Assembly (NCBI GenBank): GCA_050287085.1
Contig: JBNKBE010000017.1
Coordinates: 64,419 to 128,418 of the forward strand
DNA: 64,000 bases
Direction of reading: 5' to 3'
Source: Polyangiaceae bacterium
GTDB taxonomy: Bacteria; Myxococcota_A; Polyangia; Polyangiales; Polyangiaceae
Numbering within the stretch: the stretch's first letter is position 1; each line of letters begins with the position of its first letter. The translations under genes were made by a program, and so were the position numbers. This document shows, piece after piece, positions 1 through 9,013 of the stretch. Below the pieces are notes generated by a model. It was not told where the DNA came from. It was given only the letters and a program-made list of their open reading frames with translations, and made no database searches.

Positions 1-578
1 AAGACACGTACTATAGTGAGGACCCGAAACTAGAACCACAGCGGCTGCAAGGCGACATTCTGGAGTATGCGCGGTCTCAGGGGTTCACCGTAGAACGCAT
101 ACTCCGAAAGGAGTCTGGTGTTCTGCCACTGCCGCTCGCTCCGGAAGGAGTGGCGCGAGAGAGAAGAATGCGCTCTCCACTGAAGGCCGGCTACAGCGGT
201 GGCTTCACGCATCCAACCACCGGATACAGTTTGCCCTTTGCACTAATGCTTGCGCGGCACATTTCTCCATTGGTTCCGGAGCAGGTCTTCGATGGCGCAC
301 TCGTTGCGATAGAGCGCACGAAAGTCGCCCAACGACGATTCTGCGTTCGTCTCAACCAACTGCTGTTCTGGGGGTTCGAAGCGCAAGATCGCTTCCGCGT
401 ATTGGAACGCTTCTATGGTCTTCCTCAGCCCTTGATCGAGCGCTTCTACGCGCTGAATACGAGTACCTGGGACAAGATTCGCATTGTGAGTGGCTTACCC
501 CCCCCCGGCTTCTCTCTGCGCCGCTACATACGCCGCCACCAGTCCCGCTCCGCCGAAATCCAGGTCGTTCACTCATGA
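1..578 (+). CDS. crtY: Lycopene beta-cyclase, CrtY type (5'-truncated by the window edge)
   Basis: The frame is open from base 3 (DTYYSED...ILEYARSQGF...KESGVLPLP), followed by GGFTHPTTGYSLP and ERFYGLPQPLIERFYA, typical CrtY C-terminal motifs. It lies directly upstream of crtE/I/B. Confidence 0.88.
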   Translation, partial: DTYYSEDPKLEPQRLQGDILEYARSQGFTVERILRKESGVLPLPLAPEGVARERRMRSPLKAGYSGGFTHPTTGYSLPFALMLARHISPLVPEQVFDGALVAIERTKVAQRRFCVRLNQLLFWGFEAQDRFRVLERFYGLPQPLIERFYALNTSTWDKIRIVSGLPPPGFSLRRYIRRHQSRSAEIQVVHS

Positions 579-1597
579 ATACGTCAACCTCCGTCCCGAC
601 TCCGAGCTACCCCACGCCGCTCGCGGCCAGCGTCCGGAGCTACTTTTTACTACGCGCGCAAGGCCCCGCGGCTTTTCCTCCGACATGGCAGGGGGCACTG
701 TGCGATCCGGTTGTTGGCTTTCTGCAACGTCCCGGAAAGGAGCTCAGAAGCACGCTGATGCAGGCCATCTACGCAGCTGTCGGTGGTACGGGTCATTGCC
801 CGGCAGCGTGCGTCCAGATCATCGAGGCACTGCACGCGGGTTCGCTGATTGTCGACGACATCGAAGACGACTCTCAGACGCGGCGGGGAGCTCCCGCTCT
901 GCATCTCCAGATAGGTGTTCCGGCCGCTCTCAACGCTGGAAACTGGCTCTACTTCTGGGCCATGGACCAACTATGCGACCTAGCGCTATCACCCGAGCGA
1001 CATGTCTCCCTGTTCAAGGCGACGGCCAGAGTGTTGGCCCGATGCCATGAAGGGCAAGCTCTCGACCTCGCAGCACGCGTGTTTGAGCTGGAACAAGCAG
1101 AAGTCGCGAACCTGGTAGCGACAACAACGACACTCAAGACAGGAGCTCTGCTCAGTCTTGCTGCGCGCCTGGCAACCGAAAGCGCAGCGGCTTCGCTCGA
1201 CACAATCCGACGGATGGAGCAGCTCGGCGCCGAACTGGGTACGGCGCTGCAAATGCTCGATGACCTCAGCGCGCTATTGAATCCGGAGCGTTGGAACAAA
1301 GGGGAGGAAGACCTTGTGCTAGGACGAACGACGTGGCCGTGGGCATGGATCGCCAACTGCGAGTCCAGGACCGCCTTCAAGAAGTTGCAGCAACTAGCGG
1401 AAAAAGCACACCGCGACCCACGACTTGTTGAAACTCTGGCCCAAAAGCTCCGCGTAGCGCTTCGCGGCTCTGGTCGGATGCACATTCGCCGACAGCTGCA
1501 TAAAGCTCGCTCGACAATCGAGTCGGTGCCCTTGACACCACAAGGTCTGGACTCGTTGTTTCAAGAACTCAAACGCCTGGAGCGAAGCTATGGCTAG
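575..1597 (+). CDS. crtE: Polyprenyl (geranylgeranyl) diphosphate synthase
   Basis: First Asp-rich motif SLIVDDIEDDSQTRRG, plus GQALDL, KTGAL and second motif QMLDD. ATGA overlap with crtY. Confidence 0.88.
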   Translation: MNTSTSVPTPSYPTPLAASVRSYFLLRAQGPAAFPPTWQGALCDPVVGFLQRPGKELRSTLMQAIYAAVGGTGHCPAACVQIIEALHAGSLIVDDIEDDSQTRRGAPALHLQIGVPAALNAGNWLYFWAMDQLCDLALSPERHVSLFKATARVLARCHEGQALDLAARVFELEQAEVANLVATTTTLKTGALLSLAARLATESAAASLDTIRRMEQLGAELGTALQMLDDLSALLNPERWNKGEEDLVLGRTTWPWAWIANCESRTAFKKLQQLAEKAHRDPRLVETLAQKLRVALRGSGRMHIRRQLHKARSTIESVPLTPQGLDSLFQELKRLERSYG

Positions 1598-3122
1598 CCC
1601 GGGTCTCGAGCAGGACGGCACGCGACACCGTCGGGCCGCCGTCATCGGTAGCGGCTTCGGCGGTCTCGCCGCGGCGATTCGCCTACAGGCAGCTGGCCTC
1701 CAATGCGATCTCTTTGAAGCCCGAGATAAGCCTGGGGGACGCGCCTACGTGTACGAACAGGACGGCTTCAAATTCGACGGTGGACCCACCGTAATCACCG
1801 CTCCCGAATGCCTGGAGGAGCTGTTCGAGTTGGCTGGTGAAAAGCTGTCAGACCACGTCGACATGCTGCCGGTGACGCCCTTCTATCGGTTGCTGTGGCC
1901 AGATGGTGACAGCTTTGACTACGTTAACGGTCCAGCGCTCGAACAGCAGATTCTTCGCCGAAGCGAGCAGGACCTGTTGGGCTACGAGAAGTTCCTGACG
2001 TACTCGAAGCAGGTATTCGACAAGGGCTATCGCGAACTGGCCGCGTCACCGTTCTTGAACTTCCGCGACATGCTGCGCGTCGCGCCTGATCTGATCCGCT
2101 TGCGCGCTGATCGGTCGGTCTATGCAACCGTTGCTCGCTTCCTACGGGACGAGCATCTCAGACAGGCGTTCAGCTTTCATTCTCTTCTCGTCGGTGGAAA
2201 CCCGTTTGATACCAGTGCCATCTACACATTGATCCACTTTCTCGAACGGAAGTGGGGTGTGTTCTTTCCTCGCGGCGGAACGGGTGCGCTCGTTCTGGCG
2301 TTGGTCTCGCTCTTTCAGCGTCTAGGCGGAAGCCTGCATCTCTCAACCCCAGTGACCAAAGTGGACCTCATCAGAGGCAAAGGCCGGCCCCAACACCGCG
2401 TCACGACCAACAGGGGAAGCGCGAACTACGACATCGTCGTTTCCAACGCGGACGTCCACCACACCTACAAGCGGCTGTATGGCGCGGTCCCAGCCGCCCG
2501 TCGGCGTGCCTCCAAGTTGGAGCGGCAACGGTGGTCGATGTCGCTCTTCGTACTCTACTTTGGAACCAACAGAACCTACCCAGAGCTCGCGCATCACACA
2601 GTGCTATTCGGGCACCGCTACCGCGAGTTGTTGACCGATATCTTCGAGGGACACGAGCTGGCAAGAGACTTCAGCCTGTACCTGCACGCGCCCACGGCAA
2701 CCGACCGCTCCATGGCGCCTGCCGGTTGTGGTTCGTTCTATGTTCTCAGCCCCGTACCTCACCTCGGACAACACGACCCGCACTGGGAGCAGGTGGGAGC
2801 GGCATACGCGGAGCGCATCCTATGTGCCTTGGAGGAGCGCATCATGCCGAACTTGCGCCGGCATGTCATCACCCGCCACTTCATCACGCCGAAAGACTTC
2901 CAGCGCGATCTTGGTGCGTTTCAAGGTTCGGCTTTTTCGGTGGCTCCGACCCTCGGACAGAGCGCGTGGTTTCGCCCCCACAATCAGGACGATGCTATTC
3001 CGGGGCTCTACCTGGTGGGTGCAGGCACACACCCCGGAGCGGGACTGCCCGGAGTCATCAACTCCGCCAAGGCCACCGCTCAGTTGATCCTCTCGTCTCC
3101 GCAGGAAGGGTGTTCCGCATGA
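1590..3122 (+). CDS. crtI: Phytoene desaturase
   Basis: FAD-binding VIGSGFGGLAAA, GGRAYVY..GFKFDGGPTVIT and C-terminal LYLVGAGTHPGAGLPGVINSAKATA. Confidence 0.95.
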   Translation: MASPGLEQDGTRHRRAAVIGSGFGGLAAAIRLQAAGLQCDLFEARDKPGGRAYVYEQDGFKFDGGPTVITAPECLEELFELAGEKLSDHVDMLPVTPFYRLLWPDGDSFDYVNGPALEQQILRRSEQDLLGYEKFLTYSKQVFDKGYRELAASPFLNFRDMLRVAPDLIRLRADRSVYATVARFLRDEHLRQAFSFHSLLVGGNPFDTSAIYTLIHFLERKWGVFFPRGGTGALVLALVSLFQRLGGSLHLSTPVTKVDLIRGKGRPQHRVTTNRGSANYDIVVSNADVHHTYKRLYGAVPAARRRASKLERQRWSMSLFVLYFGTNRTYPELAHHTVLFGHRYRELLTDIFEGHELARDFSLYLHAPTATDRSMAPAGCGSFYVLSPVPHLGQHDPHWEQVGAAYAERILCALEERIMPNLRRHVITRHFITPKDFQRDLGAFQGSAFSVAPTLGQSAWFRPHNQDDAIPGLYLVGAGTHPGAGLPGVINSAKATAQLILSSPQEGCSA

Positions 3123-4072
3123 ACAGTTCAACAAACGACTGCTACAGCAGCATGCAGCGACACAGCAAGAGCTTTGCACTAGCAGCAATGCTGCTACCCG
3201 CCCGCAAGCGAGACGCGGCGGCAGTACTCTATGCTTGGTGCCGTCGCGCCGACGACGCGGTTGACATGCAGCCTGCCGAGCAGCAACGGTCCGCTCTATT
3301 CGCCCTGCGACGCGAACTCGCTTTGGTGTATTCGACGGCCGAACTCTCGACGACCTTGCTTTGCCAGTTCCGTGCTGTCATCCAGCGCTTTGACATCCCC
3401 CAATGTTACCCCGAAGCATTGCTTGATGGCATGGCCATGGACGTCGAGGGGTATGTCTATGCCAGCTACGCCGACCTGACGTTGTACTGCTACCGGGTGG
3501 CGTCCACGGTTGGGCTGATGATGTGCCATGTGATGGGGGTTACCGATCCAGTCGCGCTTCGCCACGCCGCGGCCCTGGGCGTCGCAATGCAACTGACCAA
3601 TATCGCTCGGGACGTCCGAGAAGACTGGGAACGAGGAAGAGTGTACCTGCCGCGAGACATCGTGTTGGCTACCGAGATAGAAATCACGCCAGGCACCCCA
3701 CTTGTCCCGGGCTCGCCCGTAGAACACGCACTGGCCCGAAGCACCCTGCTACTGCTTGAGCACAGCGAACACTACTACCGCGAAGGCGACGCCGGACTGC
3801 GCTATCTGTCCATGATGGATGCCGTTGCGGTGTCGGCGGCGCGGCATGTCTACCACGAGATCGGTGCTGTGGTACGCTCGCAGGCTTGCAGTCCCCTCGC
3901 CCCTCGTGCCGTCGTGCCCTTTCGGCGCAAGCTGCAACTCGTAGCGCGAGGTATGGTCAGCGCACTCAGCTCCCGCTGGCAAAGAAACACCGCGAGAGCG
4001 CTGCCCGCGCTCCCTGGTACGACCGAGCCTCCGCCGTTTTCACTTAACGTGAACCCGGAACGCATGTCATGA
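3119..4072 (+). CDS. crtB: Phytoene synthase
   Basis: SKSFALA, LYAWCRRADDAVD, YCYRVASTVG and MQLTNIARDVREDWERGRVYLP. The real start is the ATG at 3119 (ATGA overlap with crtI), not 2252 as in the ORF track. Confidence 0.93.
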   Translation: MNSSTNDCYSSMQRHSKSFALAAMLLPARKRDAAAVLYAWCRRADDAVDMQPAEQQRSALFALRRELALVYSTAELSTTLLCQFRAVIQRFDIPQCYPEALLDGMAMDVEGYVYASYADLTLYCYRVASTVGLMMCHVMGVTDPVALRHAAALGVAMQLTNIARDVREDWERGRVYLPRDIVLATEIEITPGTPLVPGSPVEHALARSTLLLLEHSEHYYREGDAGLRYLSMMDAVAVSAARHVYHEIGAVVRSQACSPLAPRAVVPFRRKLQLVARGMVSALSSRWQRNTARALPALPGTTEPPPFSLNVNPERMS

Positions 4073-4638
4073 AGTCCCTTGCTACCTATGTTGGTCGCGT
4101 GAGGCACTTCTCGAGGCAGGACTGGCTAATCTACGTCGCGTGGGTGGGCACGATGTTCGGATTGGTCATCACCACCGGAACATTTCTCTTGGTTGGAGAA
4201 ACTTCGGGAGTTGAACTGCCCGACGTCGCGTGGCTCGTCCCGGTTGGCGCACTGGTATTTGCTCTGAGTATCGCCATCGACACCATAGGACACCGAACCG
4301 TATACCGAGCGGCCATCGTCGAAGCGGAAGGCCTTGTTCATGGCATAACGATACTTTGCGGAGTGAGCAGCTGTATCTTGCTGTGCGCCGCCTACTCATT
4401 CGGCGCCCCCGCGTGGATCCCAGCGCTGGTCTTGACGGTGTTGTCCTTCGTATACAGCATGGTCGACGAGGTTTTTCACTGGCGACGGTACCTCGCCAAC
4501 AAGTCAGATCCCGTAGAAATGTGGAGTCATCTCGGAATTCTCACGGGCCACGGCGTGATGATGTTGGCGTGGTGGAAGTGGTACTTCGATGGCTACGCTG
4601 GCGTAGCCGAAACGTTACGCGCCCTCGGCGCTTCGTAG
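4069..4638 (+). CDS. Uncharacterised ~5-TM membrane protein with duplicated D/E-x3-H motifs, last gene of the crt operon
   Basis: ATGA overlap with crtB. Five hydrophobic segments, with DTIGH, EGLVH, DEVFH and EMWSH at the helix ends. Confidence 0.8.
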   Translation: MKSLATYVGRVRHFSRQDWLIYVAWVGTMFGLVITTGTFLLVGETSGVELPDVAWLVPVGALVFALSIAIDTIGHRTVYRAAIVEAEGLVHGITILCGVSSCILLCAAYSFGAPAWIPALVLTVLSFVYSMVDEVFHWRRYLANKSDPVEMWSHLGILTGHGVMMLAWWKWYFDGYAGVAETLRALGAS

Positions 4639-4684
4639 CACGGCTCTATCGCACCACCACGGCCGAGCGCGACCGGAGCTGGAA

Positions 4685-4787
4685 GGCTGTGCCGCAACCG
4701 GCCTCCCAAGACTGAACCCCCGCCACCGGCCGAACCCCAAACCGCGGGGAGCTAGCATGCGCGCTCCCCGCTCCTCCGCTCAAAGCT
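4685..4787 (+). repeat. Dispersed intergenic repeat A, copy 1
   Basis: About 85% identical (manual alignment) to the reverse complement of 20257-20360. Contains the hairpin gcggggagc/gctccccgc. Confidence 0.85.
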
Positions 4788-4826
4788 GTGAGTGGAGGCT
4801 CTTCGCTTGCAAGACGATAGGCCACG

Positions 4827-6923
4827 ATGCTAGCGTGTCGACGAGGAGGCCGAGTGGAATCATCGTCGAACGGGGCGTGCCCAGAGGAGGCAGATTGCGG
4901 TCGCCGGAGGGTAGCGCTCCAGTTCCGATGGGAAGGCTGGACGGACAGTGTTCCACGAGCCGCAGCGAGACCTCGGAAGCACGGTGTCGCGTGGCGGCTC
5001 ATAGCCACGTTCCTAGGCGGCGTAGGTTGTGACCCGAGCCCGTTTTCCTGGCCGGAGTACCCCGAAGACGCTTCCGATGGTGTTCGACACCAGGCTCGGC
5101 GGGACAGCGCCGCCGCCGATAGTGATGATGAGGAGGAGACATCTGGCATTTCGCGCGACGCCTCCGCCTCGGTGGCAGACCTGGATGCGGCATCGACGGC
5201 AAGTGGAGGGAGTGGTAACTCCTTGACGGACTGCAAGCCGAATACGCTCCGCTGCGAGGACGAGTGGATCTCGCTCTGCGACCAAGACGGCCGATGGCAC
5301 GCGCTCGTCGAGTGTGCGGACGATACGCCACGCTGCGTTGAGGGCGTCTGCCGTGAATGCGATCCACTCCTGGATGGCCCCGTATGTCGTGACAACACGA
5401 GCCACGCATGCGCACAAGGGGGCCGTTATGAACCGGTGGAGCGCTGCCTTGGTGACACGCCGGTATGTCTGTCCCAAAGCGGACAATGCGTGCCGTGCCC
5501 TATGGACTGCAGCGACGGCTCGCCGACCATCACCACTTTCCTCAGCTCGGAAGCCAATCTCCCGGGAGGCGGCGGCGAAACCACGCTCTCCTGGAACACA
5601 AGCGGAGCTGATTCTCTTCGCATCGAGAACGACGAAGGTCCAGAAGTGGGTGTCGTCAGTGGCACGTTCCAAGTAGTGGCCGTAGACCGCACCACGACCT
5701 TCACCCTGGTCGCAACCAACGCGGCTGGTGAGACGCGACGCGATGTCACCGTGCCGGTTTCCGCGCAGGGCGAACTCGACTGGGTGGTGCAATTGGGCAC
5801 CACTGAGGACGACTATGTGCACAGCGTTGCCACTGATGAGACGGGCCAGGTGTTGGTCGTGGGAAGCACGGGCGGAGCTCTGGTCACCCCGCTGAACGGC
5901 ATGCGCGACAGTGTCATCTACAAGTACACGCCCGCTGGAGACTCGGCGTGGGGCATACAATTCGGCTCACAGGTGACGCTCTCTCATTCTGCCGTAGCGA
6001 CCGATGTTGCTGGCAACCTATTTGTCTCAGGTACCTTTCGGGGCGTATTCGAAAAGCCCAGCGTTGGCGAGAGTGATGCGTTTGTTCAACGGCTGTCGAC
6101 GGACGGCGAGGTGTTGTGGACCGATCAGCTTGGAACGGAAAGCTACGACTACGGGACCGCCGTTGCCACCGACCGCGCCGGCAACGGATATCTCGTGGGA
6201 ACGACGGAGGAGGCCGACCTCTTTGGCCAAGGTGCTGGCAAAGGACAGGACCTCTTCATCGTCAAGTACTCCGGCGAAGGAAAGAGAGTGTGGAGTCATC
6301 AACGCGTCTCCGACGACAATGTGTTCGTCGGAGCGGTCGCCGTTGCCGATCCAGGCCACATATTTGTCGTGGGCCACGTGTTGGTTCCTGGCGGTCGGGA
6401 TGGGCTCCTGCTGAAGTACTCACAGGATGGCGAGCTCGTCTGGACAAAGGCCATCGCCACAACGGGTGACGACTATGGCCTCTCCGTTGCCACCACCGCC
6501 AACGGCGGGGTAGTCGTCGCTGGCACCACCACCGGACAGTTTCCGGGCCCCAATGACGCCGGAGCTCAGAGCCTCTTCGTGCTCAAATCAAGCCCCTCGG
6601 GGGACATCGAGTGGCGGGCACAATTCACCTCCGGTGTCTACGATAGTGCTGAAGGTATTGCGGTCGACGCACTTGGTAACGTCTTCGTCGCTGGGACGAC
6701 GCGGGCGCCGAATGCGGATGACTATGATGTATTGGTCATCAAGCTTTCGCCCGCCGGGGAGACCCTGTGGAAGCGGCAACTGGGAACATCCAGCTACGAC
6801 AGGTCGTTTGCGATTGCCACCGACGCCTTCGGCAATGTCTTCCTCACGGGGTACACCACAGGTGCGCTGGGGCTGGCCCAGAACGTGGGCGGCACAGACG
6901 GCTTCTTGGCCCGCCTACGCTAG
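4827..6923 (+). CDS. Probable lipoprotein with Cys-rich repeats, an Ig-like module and an SBBP-type beta-propeller
   Basis: Lipobox-like LIATFLGGVGC and a Cys-rich region, followed by about 7 repeats of the pattern 'W..Q.GT...D....VATD..GN.YV.G.T'. The start codon is uncertain and probably downstream of 4827. Confidence 0.8.
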   Translation: MLACRRGGRVESSSNGACPEEADCGRRRVALQFRWEGWTDSVPRAAARPRKHGVAWRLIATFLGGVGCDPSPFSWPEYPEDASDGVRHQARRDSAAADSDDEEETSGISRDASASVADLDAASTASGGSGNSLTDCKPNTLRCEDEWISLCDQDGRWHALVECADDTPRCVEGVCRECDPLLDGPVCRDNTSHACAQGGRYEPVERCLGDTPVCLSQSGQCVPCPMDCSDGSPTITTFLSSEANLPGGGGETTLSWNTSGADSLRIENDEGPEVGVVSGTFQVVAVDRTTTFTLVATNAAGETRRDVTVPVSAQGELDWVVQLGTTEDDYVHSVATDETGQVLVVGSTGGALVTPLNGMRDSVIYKYTPAGDSAWGIQFGSQVTLSHSAVATDVAGNLFVSGTFRGVFEKPSVGESDAFVQRLSTDGEVLWTDQLGTESYDYGTAVATDRAGNGYLVGTTEEADLFGQGAGKGQDLFIVKYSGEGKRVWSHQRVSDDNVFVGAVAVADPGHIFVVGHVLVPGGRDGLLLKYSQDGELVWTKAIATTGDDYGLSVATTANGGVVVAGTTTGQFPGPNDAGAQSLFVLKSSPSGDIEWRAQFTSGVYDSAEGIAVDALGNVFVAGTTRAPNADDYDVLVIKLSPAGETLWKRQLGTSSYDRSFAIATDAFGNVFLTGYTTGALGLAQNVGGTDGFLARLR

Positions 6924-6969
6924 TGAACCAGCCCAGGCAACTACGCAAAGTAGCGGCCGGATTGCTGCC

Positions 6970-8481
6970 TCAGTCACCTCCGCGCCCCAGTCCAAATAGG
7001 CTCGACAGGCGCGTCTTGGTATCGGGAGTGGCTTGCAAACGCTTGAGTTCATGCTGCGCCTCGAGATAGTCCGGGTCAATCTCGAGCACACGCCGCAAGG
7101 TGTGGGTTGCCGGACCCACCTGTCCGTCGAGGCTCTCGAGGCAGCCGCGGTAGAAGAGAATACGGGGGTTTTCTGGATAGAGAGCCGCGGCCTTCTCCGC
7201 AATCGATAGCGCACGCTTTCGATGCTTCTTCTCATCAACCGCTCGCATCCAAGCCTCGAGCGTTTTGGCTTCTACATCGCGCTCGCTAATACCCCGCAAC
7301 TGACCGCTCGAAGAGCCGGTTGGGCTGACAGACAAGGACGACGCGGGCCCCAACTTGGGACGCAGAGACGAACCCGCAGAAGTGGGTGCAACGGATGAAC
7401 CTGCCCCCACGACGGAACCGTGTACGCGCGCCGCCGCAGACCCTGGCGCATGGGTGGACCTCAGCGCGGTGGACCTCGGCGCGCTCGACCTCGGCGCGCT
7501 CGACCTCGGCGCGCTCGACCTCGGCGCGCTCGACCTCGGCGCGTTCGACACCGGGGCCACATCGGGGGCTCGCACGGCGGGCATCTGCGGGATTGTACGC
7601 GCATTCATGGCGCTCAGAGGCATGCTGGTCCTAACGGCGGGATGCGAGGACAGCTGCATCGGCTCCGCGTCAAAGCGGCGCACCACGCCGCTGCTCGGCT
7701 CCACATGGCGTCCGAGATGATGGCCGCGCTCTATGGTGCGTCCCGCGACACGTAACGTGTAGACCGCCGCAATCAACACCTCGGGATTTGCAACCCGACA
7801 CAGCCGGAGATTCTCCAAGCTATCCGGGTTACGCCGCAGTCGAGTGACAATCAGGCGCAAAGCTCCACGTAACTCGCTGTCGTGGGGTGTACCGTCTTCG
7901 CGCAGCGCAATGGGTTCGAAACGCAGGTCGCCGAGGCGACTCGCGTAGCGCTCGATGTCGGGTGACTCCGCCAAACACTCGGTCGCCGCCGACAAGGGCT
8001 CGATGCGCTGAGCCAACCCGTCATAGCCTTCGAAGCAATCCCGGCCTGGCCAAAATCGGAAGCGCGTCAGCGGCGGCAGTTGCATCATGTGCCGCAGCTG
8101 ATCCATCAAATAGCGTTCGAACAGCTGTGAAATGGTACGCAAACTGAGCAAGTTCAGCTGCTCAAGAGCGCCGAAGGTCGTGATCCCTTGGTGTGCGGCA
8201 TGAGCCTCGCAAAACGCCACCTGCTCCGGCGGAAGCTGCGATTCGAGGACGTTCAGCAGTAACGAGCCAGGCTCTTCGTCGACGTGAGCCCGCACGGGCG
8301 CCCCATAGTCGAACGCAACGGCCGCGCGCCTTCCGGCCGGGGTCTTGAGAACGAGACTCCCATTGAACGAGGTTCGATGAGCCGAAAGCAGTAGCTCTGG
8401 CAAGGGCCGTTCTGCCAGGCAGCCCCTGAGCGGATCCGCGGCTCGGAGCCCTTCGGCCGTACTAGCTCGATGTGGTTGCAT
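6970..8481 (-). CDS. DUF4388/PATAN-like N-terminal domain protein with low-complexity linker and C-terminal TPR
   Basis: GCLAERPLPELLLSAHRTSFNGSLVL...AVAFDYGAPVRA resembles DUF4388. TPR-like AAALYPENPRILFYRG and RRVLEIDPDYLEAQHEL. Start placed at ATG 8481. Confidence 0.65.
   Translation of the reverse strand: MQPHRASTAEGLRAADPLRGCLAERPLPELLLSAHRTSFNGSLVLKTPAGRRAAVAFDYGAPVRAHVDEEPGSLLLNVLESQLPPEQVAFCEAHAAHQGITTFGALEQLNLLSLRTISQLFERYLMDQLRHMMQLPPLTRFRFWPGRDCFEGYDGLAQRIEPLSAATECLAESPDIERYASRLGDLRFEPIALREDGTPHDSELRGALRLIVTRLRRNPDSLENLRLCRVANPEVLIAAVYTLRVAGRTIERGHHLGRHVEPSSGVVRRFDAEPMQLSSHPAVRTSMPLSAMNARTIPQMPAVRAPDVAPVSNAPRSSAPRSSAPRSSAPRSSAPRSTALRSTHAPGSAAARVHGSVVGAGSSVAPTSAGSSLRPKLGPASSLSVSPTGSSSGQLRGISERDVEAKTLEAWMRAVDEKKHRKRALSIAEKAAALYPENPRILFYRGCLESLDGQVGPATHTLRRVLEIDPDYLEAQHELKRLQATPDTKTRLSSLFGLGRGGD
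7457..7546. repeat. 15-bp in-frame tandem repeat (6 units, 4 perfect) encoding (SSAPR)n
   Basis: Unit gacctcggcgcgctc repeated from 7457. Confidence 0.92.
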
Positions 8482-9013
8482 CTCGTTTGATCCATGCCCC
8501 CGGACCTCGTCGATATCCCGGTGGCTAGCTCCGAAGATCGACAAGCGCTCTGGGATCTTTAAGCGTTGGGCCCGACAAAACGTCGGAAGCCTCAATTGGG
8601 TAACCGCTGCGCGCACACCTAACGCCGCCTGGCGCAGTCCTCGCGCGAACCCCGCCCCGCGACCGTGCACTGTGGTCTAGTTCGCCACAACCATGCTCTT
8701 TTCAGTTTGCCGGCATTGAACAAAGCTGAACGGAATTTGGAATGGTCCCTATTGGGTTAGTCTGGTCGCTCCTTGTGACCCCACCTCATTGTTCGGCCCG
8801 ATCCGGCTTCTTGGAAAAGAGCGGCGACTGGGAAGGGCGAGCGCGATCCAAGCCTCAAATCCACTTTCAATACGCAATTTCACCCACCGCGGGCAAAGAG
8901 CCCTCGCTCGGTGTGGAGCACCTCAGCCGACTTGACATCAGTGCTGCACACGCTGCACTACAATGGCCTGATCGTGGCACGACACTCGTGAGACGACCCT
9001 TACCTATTACGAC

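Noticed and set aside
2252..3118. N-terminal extension of the 606-aa ORF containing crtB
   Set aside because: It overlaps crtI out of frame and is Arg-rich shadow sequence. CrtB similarity starts at ATG 3119.
7457..7546. Tandem repeats here and at 53381-53452 as possible CRISPR arrays
   Set aside because: There are no spacers, the units are in-frame coding repeats, and no cas genes are present.
8932..8964. TTGACA...TACAAT promoter-like pair upstream of the cytochrome gene (with gctgcac direct repeats), and TGGCACG just downstream
   Set aside because: The spacer is 21 bp, too long for sigma70, and the sigma54-like -24 box lacks TTGC at -12.
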